DNA of 63,986 nt, counting the filler, from Dimargaris cristalligena (lineage: Eukaryota), in NCBI GenBank assembly GCA_003614675.1. It is 3 parts of 3 records of this genome, joined end to end, with 100 filler letters (N's around TTAATTAATTAA, not from the genome) between each part and the next. Parts side by side here need not be neighbours in the genome. Positions count along the whole stretch, not along the records: positions 45,631 to 63,986 come from ML002769.1; 2 more parts are not named here. The stretch is one strand, 5' to 3'. Positions 47,236 to 59,724 of this stretch are shown here, piece after piece. The stretch's first letter is position 1, and the number at the start of each line of letters is the position of its first letter. The translations under genes and the position numbers were made by a program. The notes under the pieces were generated by a model, which worked only from the letters and a program-made list of their open reading frames with translations, made no database searches and had not been told where the DNA came from.

Positions 47236-49141
47236 ATCCAGTAATATCATCAAAATGGTGGATTTGATTGACCCGGCAAATATCCGGCTAGTGGTGAACC
47301 CTGGGTCAACCCTTATCACAATGCATTGTAATGCATTGTAATGCAAATCTATCAGGGTAGACAGCCTCATGGTATACTCGACACACTGCACTGGCCCTGC
47401 GTTTGGGGAATAGTCATGGGATTTTAAAGGCGTATGCACTATTATCAAGATTGGACCAGCCCCTGTTATTATAGAATAGGGGGGCCTTCCTGCAAATATT
47501 CGAGTACAGACAGGTCGATACCCAGACAATTCAACAAAATCCCCTGATACCCTTCAGATGGTGCGTCCTTCTTTTGAAATACATCTGCAGCTAATAAAAA
47601 CCCCTTTTTGGTATATGGTGAATGTCCAATCATTTTCTTAACCCGACCTATTCTCGGCCCCTGTTATTAAGTACTTCAGTTCTGCTCGGCAACAATGGTC
47701 GAGGGTTGCCACCCACCCACCCTGTTCGTAGTCTACTGAAATCCTGGGCCGGCCTCTTCTCATTTCTGTCAACTCGACTCCTCCAGCCTGCCTAACGATC
47801 AGTATCGAGTATCACTTACGCCTGCCCACGTGAACACCGCCTGGATACCCTGATCTAATGAATGGCGATTACCCTGTATTTCTGTTTTGCACTCATAGTT
47901 TACATTGTTACTCTTTCCTGGTCACTCATTTTAACCCAACTTCCTTCTATTTTGTTTATACTTCGACTTCTTTTACTCCGCGGTAAATGAACCAGGTATC
48001 CTCCGGTCAGTTCCATTGATTGAGGATTTCTGACACCTCTGCCCTTTAAAATCATAATTTTTCCTTTCTCCCTCCCTATACCCATCCCAACCAACGGCTT
48101 TGGGCCGAGTTGTGAGCCGTGGTAGGAACATTCAACCAGAGCAAGACTTGGATAGATTCGATCATTCAGCAAGGTTCATAGCTCTAAGATTAATGCCTCT
48201 TCTGCCAATGCTTTATGGCATAAACCTCTTGGCTTATCGATAGTATTTCGCAGAGTTTACATCGGCCTATTGTTGGAGAAATTTATTGCCGGGTTTGTCC
48301 GTGCTGTATTAATTTGTTTAACATGTAAACGATACATACCCGCTCACTAATATATAGGACATCGGATGATACCACTGCTCTGTGACTCTTCATTTAACCT
48401 ACCTACATACCTAGTGAACTAATATTTAAATGGAGATATACAGTGCACCGATGGGTTCAATCTCAGCACATACGCGAATCTGCTGTATCCTGAATGTGTG
48501 AGTGAGCCTAATGCCAAGTGGGGTTAGAATGATATCATAAATGAATAATCTAGAAATAATTATCGACTACTTGGGAATCACAGAGGCACTGAACTCATCT
48601 TTATATTAGCTGGCTGGATAGTGAGCCCGGACGAAATAATAATGTGACTAATATGATAATATAACGTCGATGGGCACTAAATAACGAATGAAACCCCAGA
48701 AGGATGGATAAGAAATGTGCATTAGTAAAGAATAAATGCGTGGATTTATTGGGCGGAAACCCCAAAGTCTTAGCAGTAGCAACCGTTGCCTTTGTGTGTT
48801 TCAGTAACATCCTTAGCGTTGTTTGACAACTCCAATCTAATGAGGTGTCGGCTTTACTTGGCCATTACTGTCCTTGATACTTTCGTTATCCATGCGATTA
48901 TCTCCGGAAATCAGCCAACATTGCAGGGGTACTAGATAACATCTATTCCTCCGGGCTAAGTAACCGCTAGAGCCCGGGTGATTTATTTTACAAGATGGTA
49001 TAGATGAAATATAAACCAATTATACCCTGTGCATTGGGGCAAAGCGGACACACATAATGATAAACGAGGCTATTCAAATGATCGTGATGGCGAGAAATTT
49101 GGTCGCCAATAGTCTTTGCACCTTTTCCCAGATGTATATAG

Positions 49142-49988
49142 CTACGAGCGTTGGATGGCGTCAGCAAGCTGTCCAATCTCTTGTTTTAAGTTGGCTAATC
49201 GAATGGCGAATTGTAAACTCTGGTTAAAGTGGGTCTGGCCACGCTTGAGGGCCGGAGGGTGCAAAACCCCGAACCAATGGATGGGGTCATGGCTACTAAA
49301 AGGGGCCCGTTGCGCCCCCGTAGACGGTGCCGACGACGAAGTAGAGCTGGGTAGCGTTGGACCATCACTTGCGCTAGGAGACTGGTCGCTGGGAACCGAC
49401 GGATCAGCCGAAGCACTAGACCGGGCCACCGGCCGTTGGCGAAGTCCATCCGAGCTTGCCGGTCCGGTGGAAGGGTCGGACCTACCCGTGGTCGGGTCGA
49501 CGGACTGGTGGTCATCGTCGCCTAGGCCGCGGTCGGGTTCGTGCCGCCGAAGCTCGAAAAGTGACGACGCATCCTGGCTATGGATATTACTATTATGATC
49601 GTCAAAGGTTGGCATGTACGGCATCCATATGGTCGTATATATGCATTTAATCAAATACCTTCGTGGCCAGCGGGGAGTATACTCTATTGGAATGGGAGGG
49701 GGACTAGGCCAAATCCTCATATTACAAAACTAAGTGATTTTGTATAGTATGCACCAACTGGAGTCGTGGTATTCGGTATAGGGCTTACATTTCTTTGGTA
49801 TGTTTCATGCGCTGGTCGTAGTAAACGGACGAGAGCCGACCGGGCCCGAGGACCTTTTTAGTTTCGGTAAGCGCCCAGTGGCCCTGGGCTATTGCCTGAC
49901 CTAGTCGGAGTGTCTCAGCTTCGTATGCCTCGAGCAGACTAAAATACCGGGTCACCAACTCATCGGAGTCGGTGGGCATGGGCACCAT
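49142..49988 (-). CDS. VMA22: V-ATPase assembly factor Vma22/CCDC115, 2 exons
   Basis: Exon 1 is 49988-49789 (YFSLLEAY...G.W.L..TK..LG...YDQRM). Exon 2 is 49589-49142 (DPIHWFGVLHPPALKRGQ..F...L). Confidence 0.88.
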
Positions 49989-50460
49989 GATGGGACTTTA
50001 GACTGAAAGGGTGGATGGGGTTAAGCAGAGGGATAGTATGAGTAAGAGTGCTGTATCACGAAATGGACCAACCCGAGGCAGGGAGATAAGAATTGGGGAG
50101 GGAATGGTTATATATTAAAAGAGTAAAGAGCTTTAAAGAGTAGGGTCTGCCTGGGGAGGATTTCAGCTCAAGACAATCCATTGGGGTTAGAGTCAAACTG
50201 GTGGAAGGACTGAGCCAACTCTTGGGTAACCCGAATCGTCACCACCCAAGGCATGCCACTTCATCCTGTCCCATCGTTTGTTGCAGCCAAGCTTATTTAG
50301 ACTCGGTCTTTTTATTGCCGACTTTACCTTGCCTGCCTTATTATCGAGCGAGCTCAGCTTGAGTCGCTCTACACTGAGTATCGGTGTTCCATACCCCGCT
50401 TGAATTGACCCCGTTACATTATTTTTTAAGTTTCTTCGTTTTGTTTTGTTTAACTTGCCA

Positions 50461-52188
50461 ATGAATACTGGCGGACTTTCCATCGCCCCAGGGGCCATCG
50501 TATGTGTCGACACGGTTATTAGTGGTCCAGTCACTATAGGTACAGTACAATACCTACCTCGATATCTTTTCTGCCTGGGTTTACAATCGCAATCCAGACA
50601 GGCCAACTACTTCCTCGGGACATTGTCTAGCCTTGATAGTATCCGATATCGTATGGATACTACTTTATGCATAACGGCTTTGCGGCGTTGATTTATTAAT
50701 ACGTTACTATAAATATTTATTATACCAATCATTACGGACCGACATAATATGACTGAATACCAACTCGCTATAATTCAGGTGCCGGTAAGTTATTTTCTAT
50801 TCACTTTGGTATATTACCTATTGGGCGTTGGGGATTGAATACTCGGGCCAGTTCACTTCACTCTCCAGTCGAAGGGTTGAAATTGGCCTTTCGCCCACGC
50901 TCTCGTTTTCATCTCTAGAATCTACCCCCAATGTCGGCATCGACCCCTTCATTATAATTATAGGCACGGTTGTGCACCCCCAGTGCCAAATTATCGCTGA
51001 AAGGGGGCCTATCATCATCGGCCAAAACAATATCATATCCGAAAGCGCCCGCATCATCAACCGGTAGGTTATTCACTCTCTCTTGAATATTATCCCCTCT
51101 TATTCCTATATCCTAATATAACATAAACAGCCCACCGAAATAGTCCGTAAATGCTGCTGTTATAGGATTTTAATATAAAAAATACACTAATTAACATTAT
51201 AAACATCACTTCGTTGCATCATAGGCGGCCTGAGACGATGTTGATTGGCGACTTCAATGTGCTCGAGGCTCGAAGCCGTAAGTGAACGTCCACCAGTTAG
51301 TACCATACCTCTATGAATATGCTGAACTTGAGCTTTTTCCTATGCCCGTGCCTCCAACTGTAGAACCATGGCACTATACAAATCTTTCAATCTGGCCGCT
51401 AATATCACTGAGTATTCCCCCAATGCCATAGAATTCTTTGGGGCCCGGATGGGAAGCTACAACACCATCGAAATACGGGGTAAGTTGTATAAGTCTGCTT
51501 ATCTGATGTGTGGAATTATGATTGTGGGCTGAGGGGGGCGTTATACAAGATCGACAATTACCGTCAAATAAGCCGAATATATCTATCGGAATACCAATCC
51601 ATCGGGTATAACACAATGACTAATATCCCGGATTTTAACGTAATTCATCTCTAGCCCAAGTCCTTGAAGGAACTAGTGTTGGTAATCAGTGCGTGGTGGC
51701 TCCCACCTGTAGTACAATTGAAAACGATAAATTAGCGGACTTCTCCGTAATTTATGGTGATACGAACTGCCGCCAGACCCAAAAGTCCGACCAAAAGGTA
51801 TAGTGTGAACACACTTGCGAGAAAGCTATGTGCTAGGCTGGGGGCCGGACTGTTCAGCAATAGCGGCTGGTCAGACTATTTCACCTCATTAAAATGCACC
51901 CCGCATTCAAATACTCACTTGACTATAATTTTTTGAAACTTCACTACCCTAGGCTCAGATGACCCTACATATCAAGCACCTCAAATATCTACACGATGTA
52001 AGTACGATTTAATTGGTTTGGTACTCAATAACCCTTTTTTTGGAGGGATTGTTGTTTCACAATATCCACCCGCCGCCTTTCCAATATACTTGAGTACCTA
52101 AACTTACAATGGCCAACTTTCAAAAATAATGCCAACATCGCCGTAGACTCTGCCGCGGTATAATCATGTTCGGAAGCCGGAGAGTTAG
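50461..52188 (+). CDS. DCTN6: Dynactin subunit 6 (p27), left-handed beta-helix, 8 exons
   Basis: Exons 50461-50539, 50779-50784, 50964-51063, 51225-51277, 51432-51479, 51655-51797, 51953-51997 and 52147-52188. Protein IAPGAIVC...GPVTIGAGTVVHP...IIAERGPIIIG..N...MLIGDFNVLE...SVIYG...TLPRYNH. Confidence 0.9.
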
Positions 52189-52769
52189 AGGAACGTTGAA
52201 CGAACCCAGGACTGAAATAGCAACGTCAGAATGGGAGGTATAATCGCCCCCCCCCCCAATTGCTGCAATGCTTGAAGCAGCTGACGGGCGTATGGGTTCG
52301 TTGGTTTACACCGCCATACCCACCGTATCCATGTTAAACTAGATTTCCGCAAATAGTGATTCTGAGCCCAGCCTGGAAACTAGGTCGTATTTTAGTATTA
52401 ACTCTGATGGCCCAATGCAGTCTATTTCAGCCCAGTTCTAAACCAGCGATATTTTTTCCTGGACTACCCACTCCTCTGCGTTCCCAACTAAATTTACTGA
52501 GCATTGACGCACTATTGGTGAATGCCTTTACATGAACTTGAACATGAACAATAAATTCATTATAATCTATTCACCATCCAGTTGAAAGGGGGATACTAGA
52601 AATCTAAGCTACCTAAACTAATAAAAAATATAAGAAAATCAACCATCGATTAAAAGCAGCACTGCGTTCAATATACGGATGCTCCAATGGGCCCAATCTA
52701 TTATCGTCACCCCAAAACTAAATGTACAAAACCCCCATTCTCTTTTAAACTCTTTCCCATTTTACGAAT

Positions 52770-55700
52770 ATGACACTGTCTGAAATTCCATCCGCCACTC
52801 GCATCGAGGTGATCCCACTCCCCTACGAACCCAACGGCCCTGACCAGGTGGGTTCCCCCGCCCCTTGGATTCCCTTGTCCAGGGGACTACTGGCCAGCCA
52901 AACCCGCCCGGCTTCGGCAACTCCATTGGGCTCGGTGCAATGGACCCGGGCCCTTCGGCGCCAATGGCTGGCCTACGGCGATCGCCTAACCCTCCAAACT
53001 GCCCTTACGGGTCAAGTGGCCGGACGAAACTTGGCATTCCGCCTAGTCCGCGGCTGGATCGGACCTCCTCCCCCTGTCGCGACCTCCCAGGAAGGAACCA
53101 CTACTAGTAGTAGTATTGGGTCGACGGAAACGGTGGAGACAGCGACAGGGGCGCTGGAACGACTGGCCCTGGATATGACTGTGACTATGGGCAGGGAAGT
53201 TGATGTTGATGTTGATGTTGAATTGACGGACCCTAACCAACGTTTCCGAATCCAACCCCGTACGGAAATAGTCATTCTGAGTTCCGATAAACCTTCGCAG
53301 CCGGACCAGAGTTCCACCGGACTTGCGACACTGCGACGCCAAGTGGTCAACCTCATAGGTATGATATACCATTATTGGGACCCCCCGCTGGGACTCGAGC
53401 ATACTGCTTGAGCGACCCCCGATTATGACGTAAATGGTAGTATGGTATGATCATTAACTCCTAGCGAGTGATTTCCGGAGACTAACGTACGTATATATGT
53501 ATCTATATTTCGGTATTCTCGGCTAATCGACGGAATGTGGATTTTAGATAGCGTGCTACGCACTCAGGGCACGGTTAATTTTAAGGGGATATTCAAAATC
53601 CAGGGGTGTCTAATTTCGGGGGTCGAAGGAGTCGGGAAATCCACCTTTATCCGGTAAGTCTGGTTTAAGCATTACTCATTACCTGAAGAACTGTGTGGTG
53701 CATGAACATTCCGTTTGTCGGAGGGAGTTAGTTAACCGGCCACTATCAATTGAAATCCTGGCTATCGGTCTGTTATATCTAACTATTGGCCATAATACAC
53801 ATAGCCATATTTCTAGTATCGGTTTACATGTACTAACTATTACTCTACAAACATATCTCTCTCCCTCGCCACCAATGCGGATTAGACAAGCTATTCGGGC
53901 CACCAATCTTCCGGTCCTCCACTTATCTCTACTCGACCTTTTCGCCCTCCTTCGAGATGACGTGACCGATCAACCCCTGGGCACGGACACTGGGCCCCCC
54001 TTAAATGTGGTTCAGCGGCAGGTTCGCACCATTCTGGCGCGTGCCCTATTATCCCAACCGGCTGTAATTCACCTTGAACACTTGGAAACGCTCGGACGGT
54101 CTAGTCGCCTTCCGCCCGACCACCAGCTGAAAATCGGGCTGACCCTGGCTGCGCAATTGGGCCGGCTTGCCAAGGGTGTTTTTATCATGGGGGAATGTAT
54201 CGATCCCTGGGACCTGGCCCCCAATGTGATTAAGATACCCGCTTTCCAAACCCGGTTTCATCTTCCGGTTCCCGATCAGTAAGTAGCAGGGGGTTGTTGT
54301 TCCCTGAGCTCGCTTAAGTGAACGACTTATTTGGTTAAACGGCGAGGGGCTGCGATACTCATTATTTCCAGGAAGCCCTGGGGGATTTACCAATAACATC
54401 ATCACCACCCCGGACCTATACACTAGTTGTTCCTAACCAAACGAATCTGGGATCTTCGTTACATCACTTACCTAACAATTACCAGGCGAGACCGGCTGGC
54501 CATACTGCGGAGTCTAATTGCGAACTTGGAGGGGATACCCCACGATTGGGAGACCTTCTTTGGTTCCGCGGTGGAACAAACCAGCCGTCTTACAATGGGC
54601 TATACCGCCCGGGACTTGGCCCGATTAGTTCGGGAGACTGCCTTAACCGCGCTTCGAACCCCCACACCGGCTGATCCCTTGGACCCCGTCGCGCAACTAA
54701 CCCACCAGCTATCGACAACTCTGCGGATCCAGGAAACCTCTCGGTTGATGCTAGACCACGACGCCCCTCCTCCATCTCCCCACACTCCCCGCCAGCCCTC
54801 CCTCCCGCCCCTAACGCTCACCCACTGGAACGCGGCGTTGGGCGTGGTCCGGCCCAGCCAAAATGTGGAATTTGACACTCGGGTGCCCTCCCGAACCTGG
54901 GCCGATTTGGGGGGATTCGGGACAATCAAAAAACGCCTGCAGCTGTTGCTGGCTTTGATTCGGGAGGCCCACCCTGGCCAAATGGGAGCGGAGGGCGATC
55001 CAACGATGGCCCCCCGAACCGGGCTGGGATTGAAGCCGCCCTCAGGGCTTTTACTCTACGGGCCACCGGGTAAGTCTATGATGCCTTGGTTTTCTCACGT
55101 ACGACTTCTGTGGTGCACTGTGGGATCCGGTTTAGTTGAAACGGTGCTGTGCTTTACGTTACTTTACTTTAAGGTGATGCTGCCGGGGTATTATCTTTTA
55201 TATGGTGTAACCAGGACGGTGCGTACGCTACTGGCGTCGGGCCATAAACGGAGACTAATCATTGAATATCTAAAGGAACACCTGACATTTTTCATGCATT
55301 TCTTATTTCGGATCAGGGTGCGGCAAGACTGCATTTGCTCAGGCAATTGCTAACGAATCCAAGATGAATACTATTGTTGTTCGGGGGTAAGTCAAGCAGC
55401 CTACTATCTTTTATCGTTTCTATTCCATAGGTTAATCTTTGCATTGTTTGCGCCGCTTTAAAAGTGGGGAGTGGGAAGGGGGTTATCGGCTTAATATGAT
55501 GTTTGATCTATTCACACGCCTACTAATTTCAGCATGACATTGCCCAATTCTACTTTGTCCGCTTCTCAATATATATATCTACATGTATCGTGCGGTATAT
55601 AGCCCCGAGGTCTTCTCCAAGTACTTTGGCGACACTGAAGCCATATTGCGCCGAATATTCGCGACGGCGCGCACTATTGCCCCCTGCATTGTGTGGATAG

Positions 55701-57627
55701 ATGAAATTGACACCATTACCCGAAAACGAGGTAAGTGCATAAATTATTCCCAACGGGTCAAACCTAAGGAAGGGGGGGTGGCATTTCCGAGAGCGACTAA
55801 AGGATAGGGGGAAAGGTATGGTAGACGTAGGGGGCTACTATAGCCATCGACTGGTTATGGACATGCGGACAGGGGCGCAAACAATGCAAAGATTAACCTA
55901 TGGAATAGAAACGATAAAAGATAGTAGGCTGCTTGACTTACCCCCGAACAACAATAGTATTCATCTTGGATTCGTTAGCAATTGCCTGAGCAAATCGGTG
56001 CGAGAGTAGAGTTATTTATGGAGAGTTGACTTGCCCGATGTACTTCCCTCGAAGACTCCGCGGAGGCCTACTGTATCAGCTGAGCTGGCTAGGAATAAAT
56101 GGAAGCCCCGCAATTCGGGATTCCTGGATCGGGGAATAATAGGGATAGTTCTGATTGGCCAATCTATAATAAGCACTCTCCCATGGACCAAATGACTTGT
56201 CTATAAGAGGGGGGAGATGGATTGATAGAGCTGATGGATGAGGTAGTTCAGTTTTGGTGAATTTGGGCCAATTGAATAATACGTTTATAATTCAGCCAAC
56301 GAAGCCTAACATAAAATGTGGCCCATACACTAACCTACATCTTGCAACAGGTTGGAATAGCGCCGATGGTTCAGGAGGTATCGACGAGCGAGTGCTAAGT
56401 ACTTTACTGAACGAAATGGACGGCGTCCAAGAACGACCGGGCATCCTGGTCGTAGGGTGTACGACGTATCCCGACCGAATCGACGACGCGATACTTCGAC
56501 CCGGTAAGATGACGATCTATACAGTCTCATTCATGGAACAGTAGTGGGAAAGAAGGGGGAGGGAAGAGAAGAGAAGGTGTCCGACGGGGTGAATGGCGGA
56601 AAAAGCAATCGCGAATATTGAATATTAATGTGGGCGGATTTCCCAGCTGTAGGTTTTAGGTCTGGAGAAAGGAAGAGGGGGGCATATCTGGGCTATTAAT
56701 CACGCCCGTGGGTCGGCAAGGAGACAGGCCATGCGATGTCACCACCCCTCGCCTAAATGAGTTTCCCGTATCTAGCAGTATCTACTATATTACCTATTGG
56801 GGTGATATGAGGAGGAGGAGGAGGAGGAGGGGGCGATGAGAGCAGCCACCCGAGGGAGGAGCCTTCCATTCGGTCGAGTGTAATTTAGCGAGGCTGCAAG
56901 GACAGGTTTGATGCTTGGGACTCGCCCTCTTTGACAAAAACCAACAAATAGTGTAGGTTACTTATTTAATGGCTTTTTGTGTCTTTCCCTTTGCCCGGTA
57001 TAATAGGACGATTTGACCAACTGGTATATCTACCCATCCCATCGCGGGACGACCGAGACTCGATTATTCGGGCCCTGGCCCGGCAACACCCCTTAGCCCC
57101 CGAGGTCGACATTCCCCAACTCGTTGATGCAACCGACCAACTGACGCCCGCGTATTTGGAGAATCTATTTCGGTATGTAATTAGAAATATTCCATGGGGA
57201 TTGATTTATCTCACCAGGTCATTTTAAATATGTACTTGTGCTATGCTGTGCGGGGGGCTAGTACCCTTAGTCAGCCATCTTTATATCGACAAGCCAGCTG
57301 ATATATATATATATATATATATATATTTAAAAAAAGAGACAAGTGTAAAACGGTACCCTATGACACCTATTCACCCCTGGTATCTCTATCTCCTTCTCTC
57401 CTGATGGTACCTTGGTTACCCTTTTATTCTTATCGTGCTGACCCTATCCACCCATGGGGAATAGAGAGGCGGCCATCATGGCACTCCGCGATAATATCGA
57501 TGCCCAGGTTATTGAACAACACCACCTCAATTCGGTGCTGGAAACCATCTGGGCTGCATTTAAGGCGGACGACCGGTTCCAAACTCTTCTGGCCAACCTG
57601 GTGACCTTTCGAACCTCCCGTAAATAG
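52770..57627 (+). CDS. Type II AAA+ ATPase, AFG2/SPATA5(L1)-like, 9 exons
   Basis: Exons 52770-53358, 53548-53653, 53886-54278, 54486-55069, 55317-55386, 55603-55730, 56351-56503, 57007-57172 and 57465-57627. D2 motifs: GLLLYGPPGCGKT, IVWIDEID, ERVLSTLLNEMDGV, DAILRPGRFD, REAAIMALR. Confidence 0.85.
57301..57326. repeat. (AT)n microsatellite in an intron
   Basis: Perfect AT run inside the last intron of the AAA ATPase gene. Confidence 0.9.
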
Positions 57628-59724
57628 GAGGTGCCAGGCGGGGGGTAGTCTCTGCTCCAAATTGGGAGGAATGGAAGGTGGGGTGGCATATGACAGGCTG
57701 GGAACCAAATTAGATAATGGAGGAGGGATTCACTAATTAGTAGCAGCGGCAACCGTATCCCCCCTCCCCTTATTGACCCTTTTTTGGCCATGAAAAATTT
57801 CAGCCTTTTAATACAAAATATAAATATAACAAGGCAACGTATCCCGCAAATTGGAGGAAATTGGTAGCAATAGGCGGGGGGGCGTATCGTATAAGCCATG
57901 TAATAATGTAATTATCATACAATTTGGGGATTTTAAATTGGTAAACGGAAAGATTGTTTAGAGTGGGCCCCATGATCCCCGGGAAACGAATGAAAGAGGA
58001 GGAGGGAGGGTCGGAGCTGCAGGGCGACATAGTCTTAGAGTGTGGAATTTTGGGTTGGGTACAGATAGAACGACGTGGGTGCCACCCATTGGGACAGTCG
58101 AATCGATAGAGCTTGATAAGAACATAATCCGAAGTATCTAAGAGGGGCAATCCCCAGCCAAATGGGAAGGGTCATCCAACATAATGAGCGGAAGGCGCCC
58201 GCTAATTGGCCCATGGTGACATCGGTTTGCATGTGTTTATAGTTAACCGTATTGGGGGAATACTATAGTCGGGGCCTATTATTGAATGAACCCAGCAAAT
58301 GGTTTTACCATACACAACACATTCACATACTCCAATTATACACAGATAATAAAATAGCGATAGGCTTCCGAGCCGATTCCCCATCGGACATGACGGGGAG
58401 CAGCTATATTTTTCGGCTAGACTCCTGATTGGTCCTACTGAAGCCCGGGCATTAGAGCAGCGGCGACTGAAGGGAAAAGGGACACTGCTACTCAACAAGT
58501 CTTGGGAGATTATCTATAACCCAGCTAACTATGGTATGCTACGGGGTCGGTATTTAGTATGCTTGGCTGACACGGGATATAGCCAACAAGGGCAACGTCA
58601 TGGGGCCGGGTGTGCATCAGCCCTCTCACCCACGGCCAATCCCTGTCGGTATGGGCTTGCAGGTCCTCTCTCCCTCGCACTGTTCTTACCCCGCCTTCAG
58701 AACAGGACCCTCCTACTAATAAGAACACCTACAATCCAAGGGACTTACCTAGCGGAGGCATTGTCATTGTATTTTATGTATCACGCCGCCCTTTTTGTCT
58801 GCTATCAGCACTATCGCTATCAGCGCCTTCTTTATCGGCATTTGCCATCGGCCCAAGCGCCGACTCCCCCTTTCTCCGAAACGGTCCACCACCTGAGTGG
58901 CGGGGCGACCTTTCCCCCTGGTTGCTGGGCGATTATTATTATTACTATTATTATTATTACTTGGTTTTTCTATAAAAATATATATACGATATATGCGTGC
59001 GCATATAGACACTATAATCGATAGGTTTCCCCGCCCCCTAGGGCTTATATAATCAGTGCCTGCGTCGTCCCCTCCCTCCCACTTTTGATTCCCCTATTGG
59101 CCCAATAGATGCATGTATTGTTGATTGCATTTGGACTGCTGTTGCGTCACTACTACCTTCCTCTCTCTAGTTTTTTTCTGCGACGTCGCCTCTCTCTGAG
59201 TTTGGACCACTAACTAACATTATACAAGTGAGTGAGCGTTGTCTTACCTATTATTTATAATAACCACCTTCCCCTCTCCCTTGTCTGTCTGAGCTTGATT
59301 TTCCTAATCCTATCCTATCCTATCCTATCCCAAGTTTTATTAAAAAAAACCCCTTTTACACTACCAGTTGTTAACCTGGCCGCCTGTCTAGACCGAAGCG
59401 GAATTCAACCTACTATTACTACTCCTACTGACCCGTCCGCCCTTTTTATTGTTTCCATAGGTTAATAATATTTATCCTTCTTTCCTTCCGTCACGATTCC
59501 TTTTCCTTCATTTCTTTTTAACTTTGACTCTACTTTGGCTGCCTACTTGGTTTAGCTGCGACCCCCTTCTTCATTCCCAACTCTTCCAGTCCTTCGTTGT
59601 CGTGGCAGTGGCTACACCTGTCCCTACATGTGTCATAACTCGTCGACGTGCAACAACCCCTCTTCCTTTTGCTGTTGCCTCACCACCACCCGTCTCGTCC
59701 AAGACCCGCTCCGCTCCTATTACT

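Noticed and set aside
47440-47810. About 115-codon minus-strand frame with one internal TAA
   Set aside because: No motif recognised. It could be a relic, but that cannot be supported without a search.
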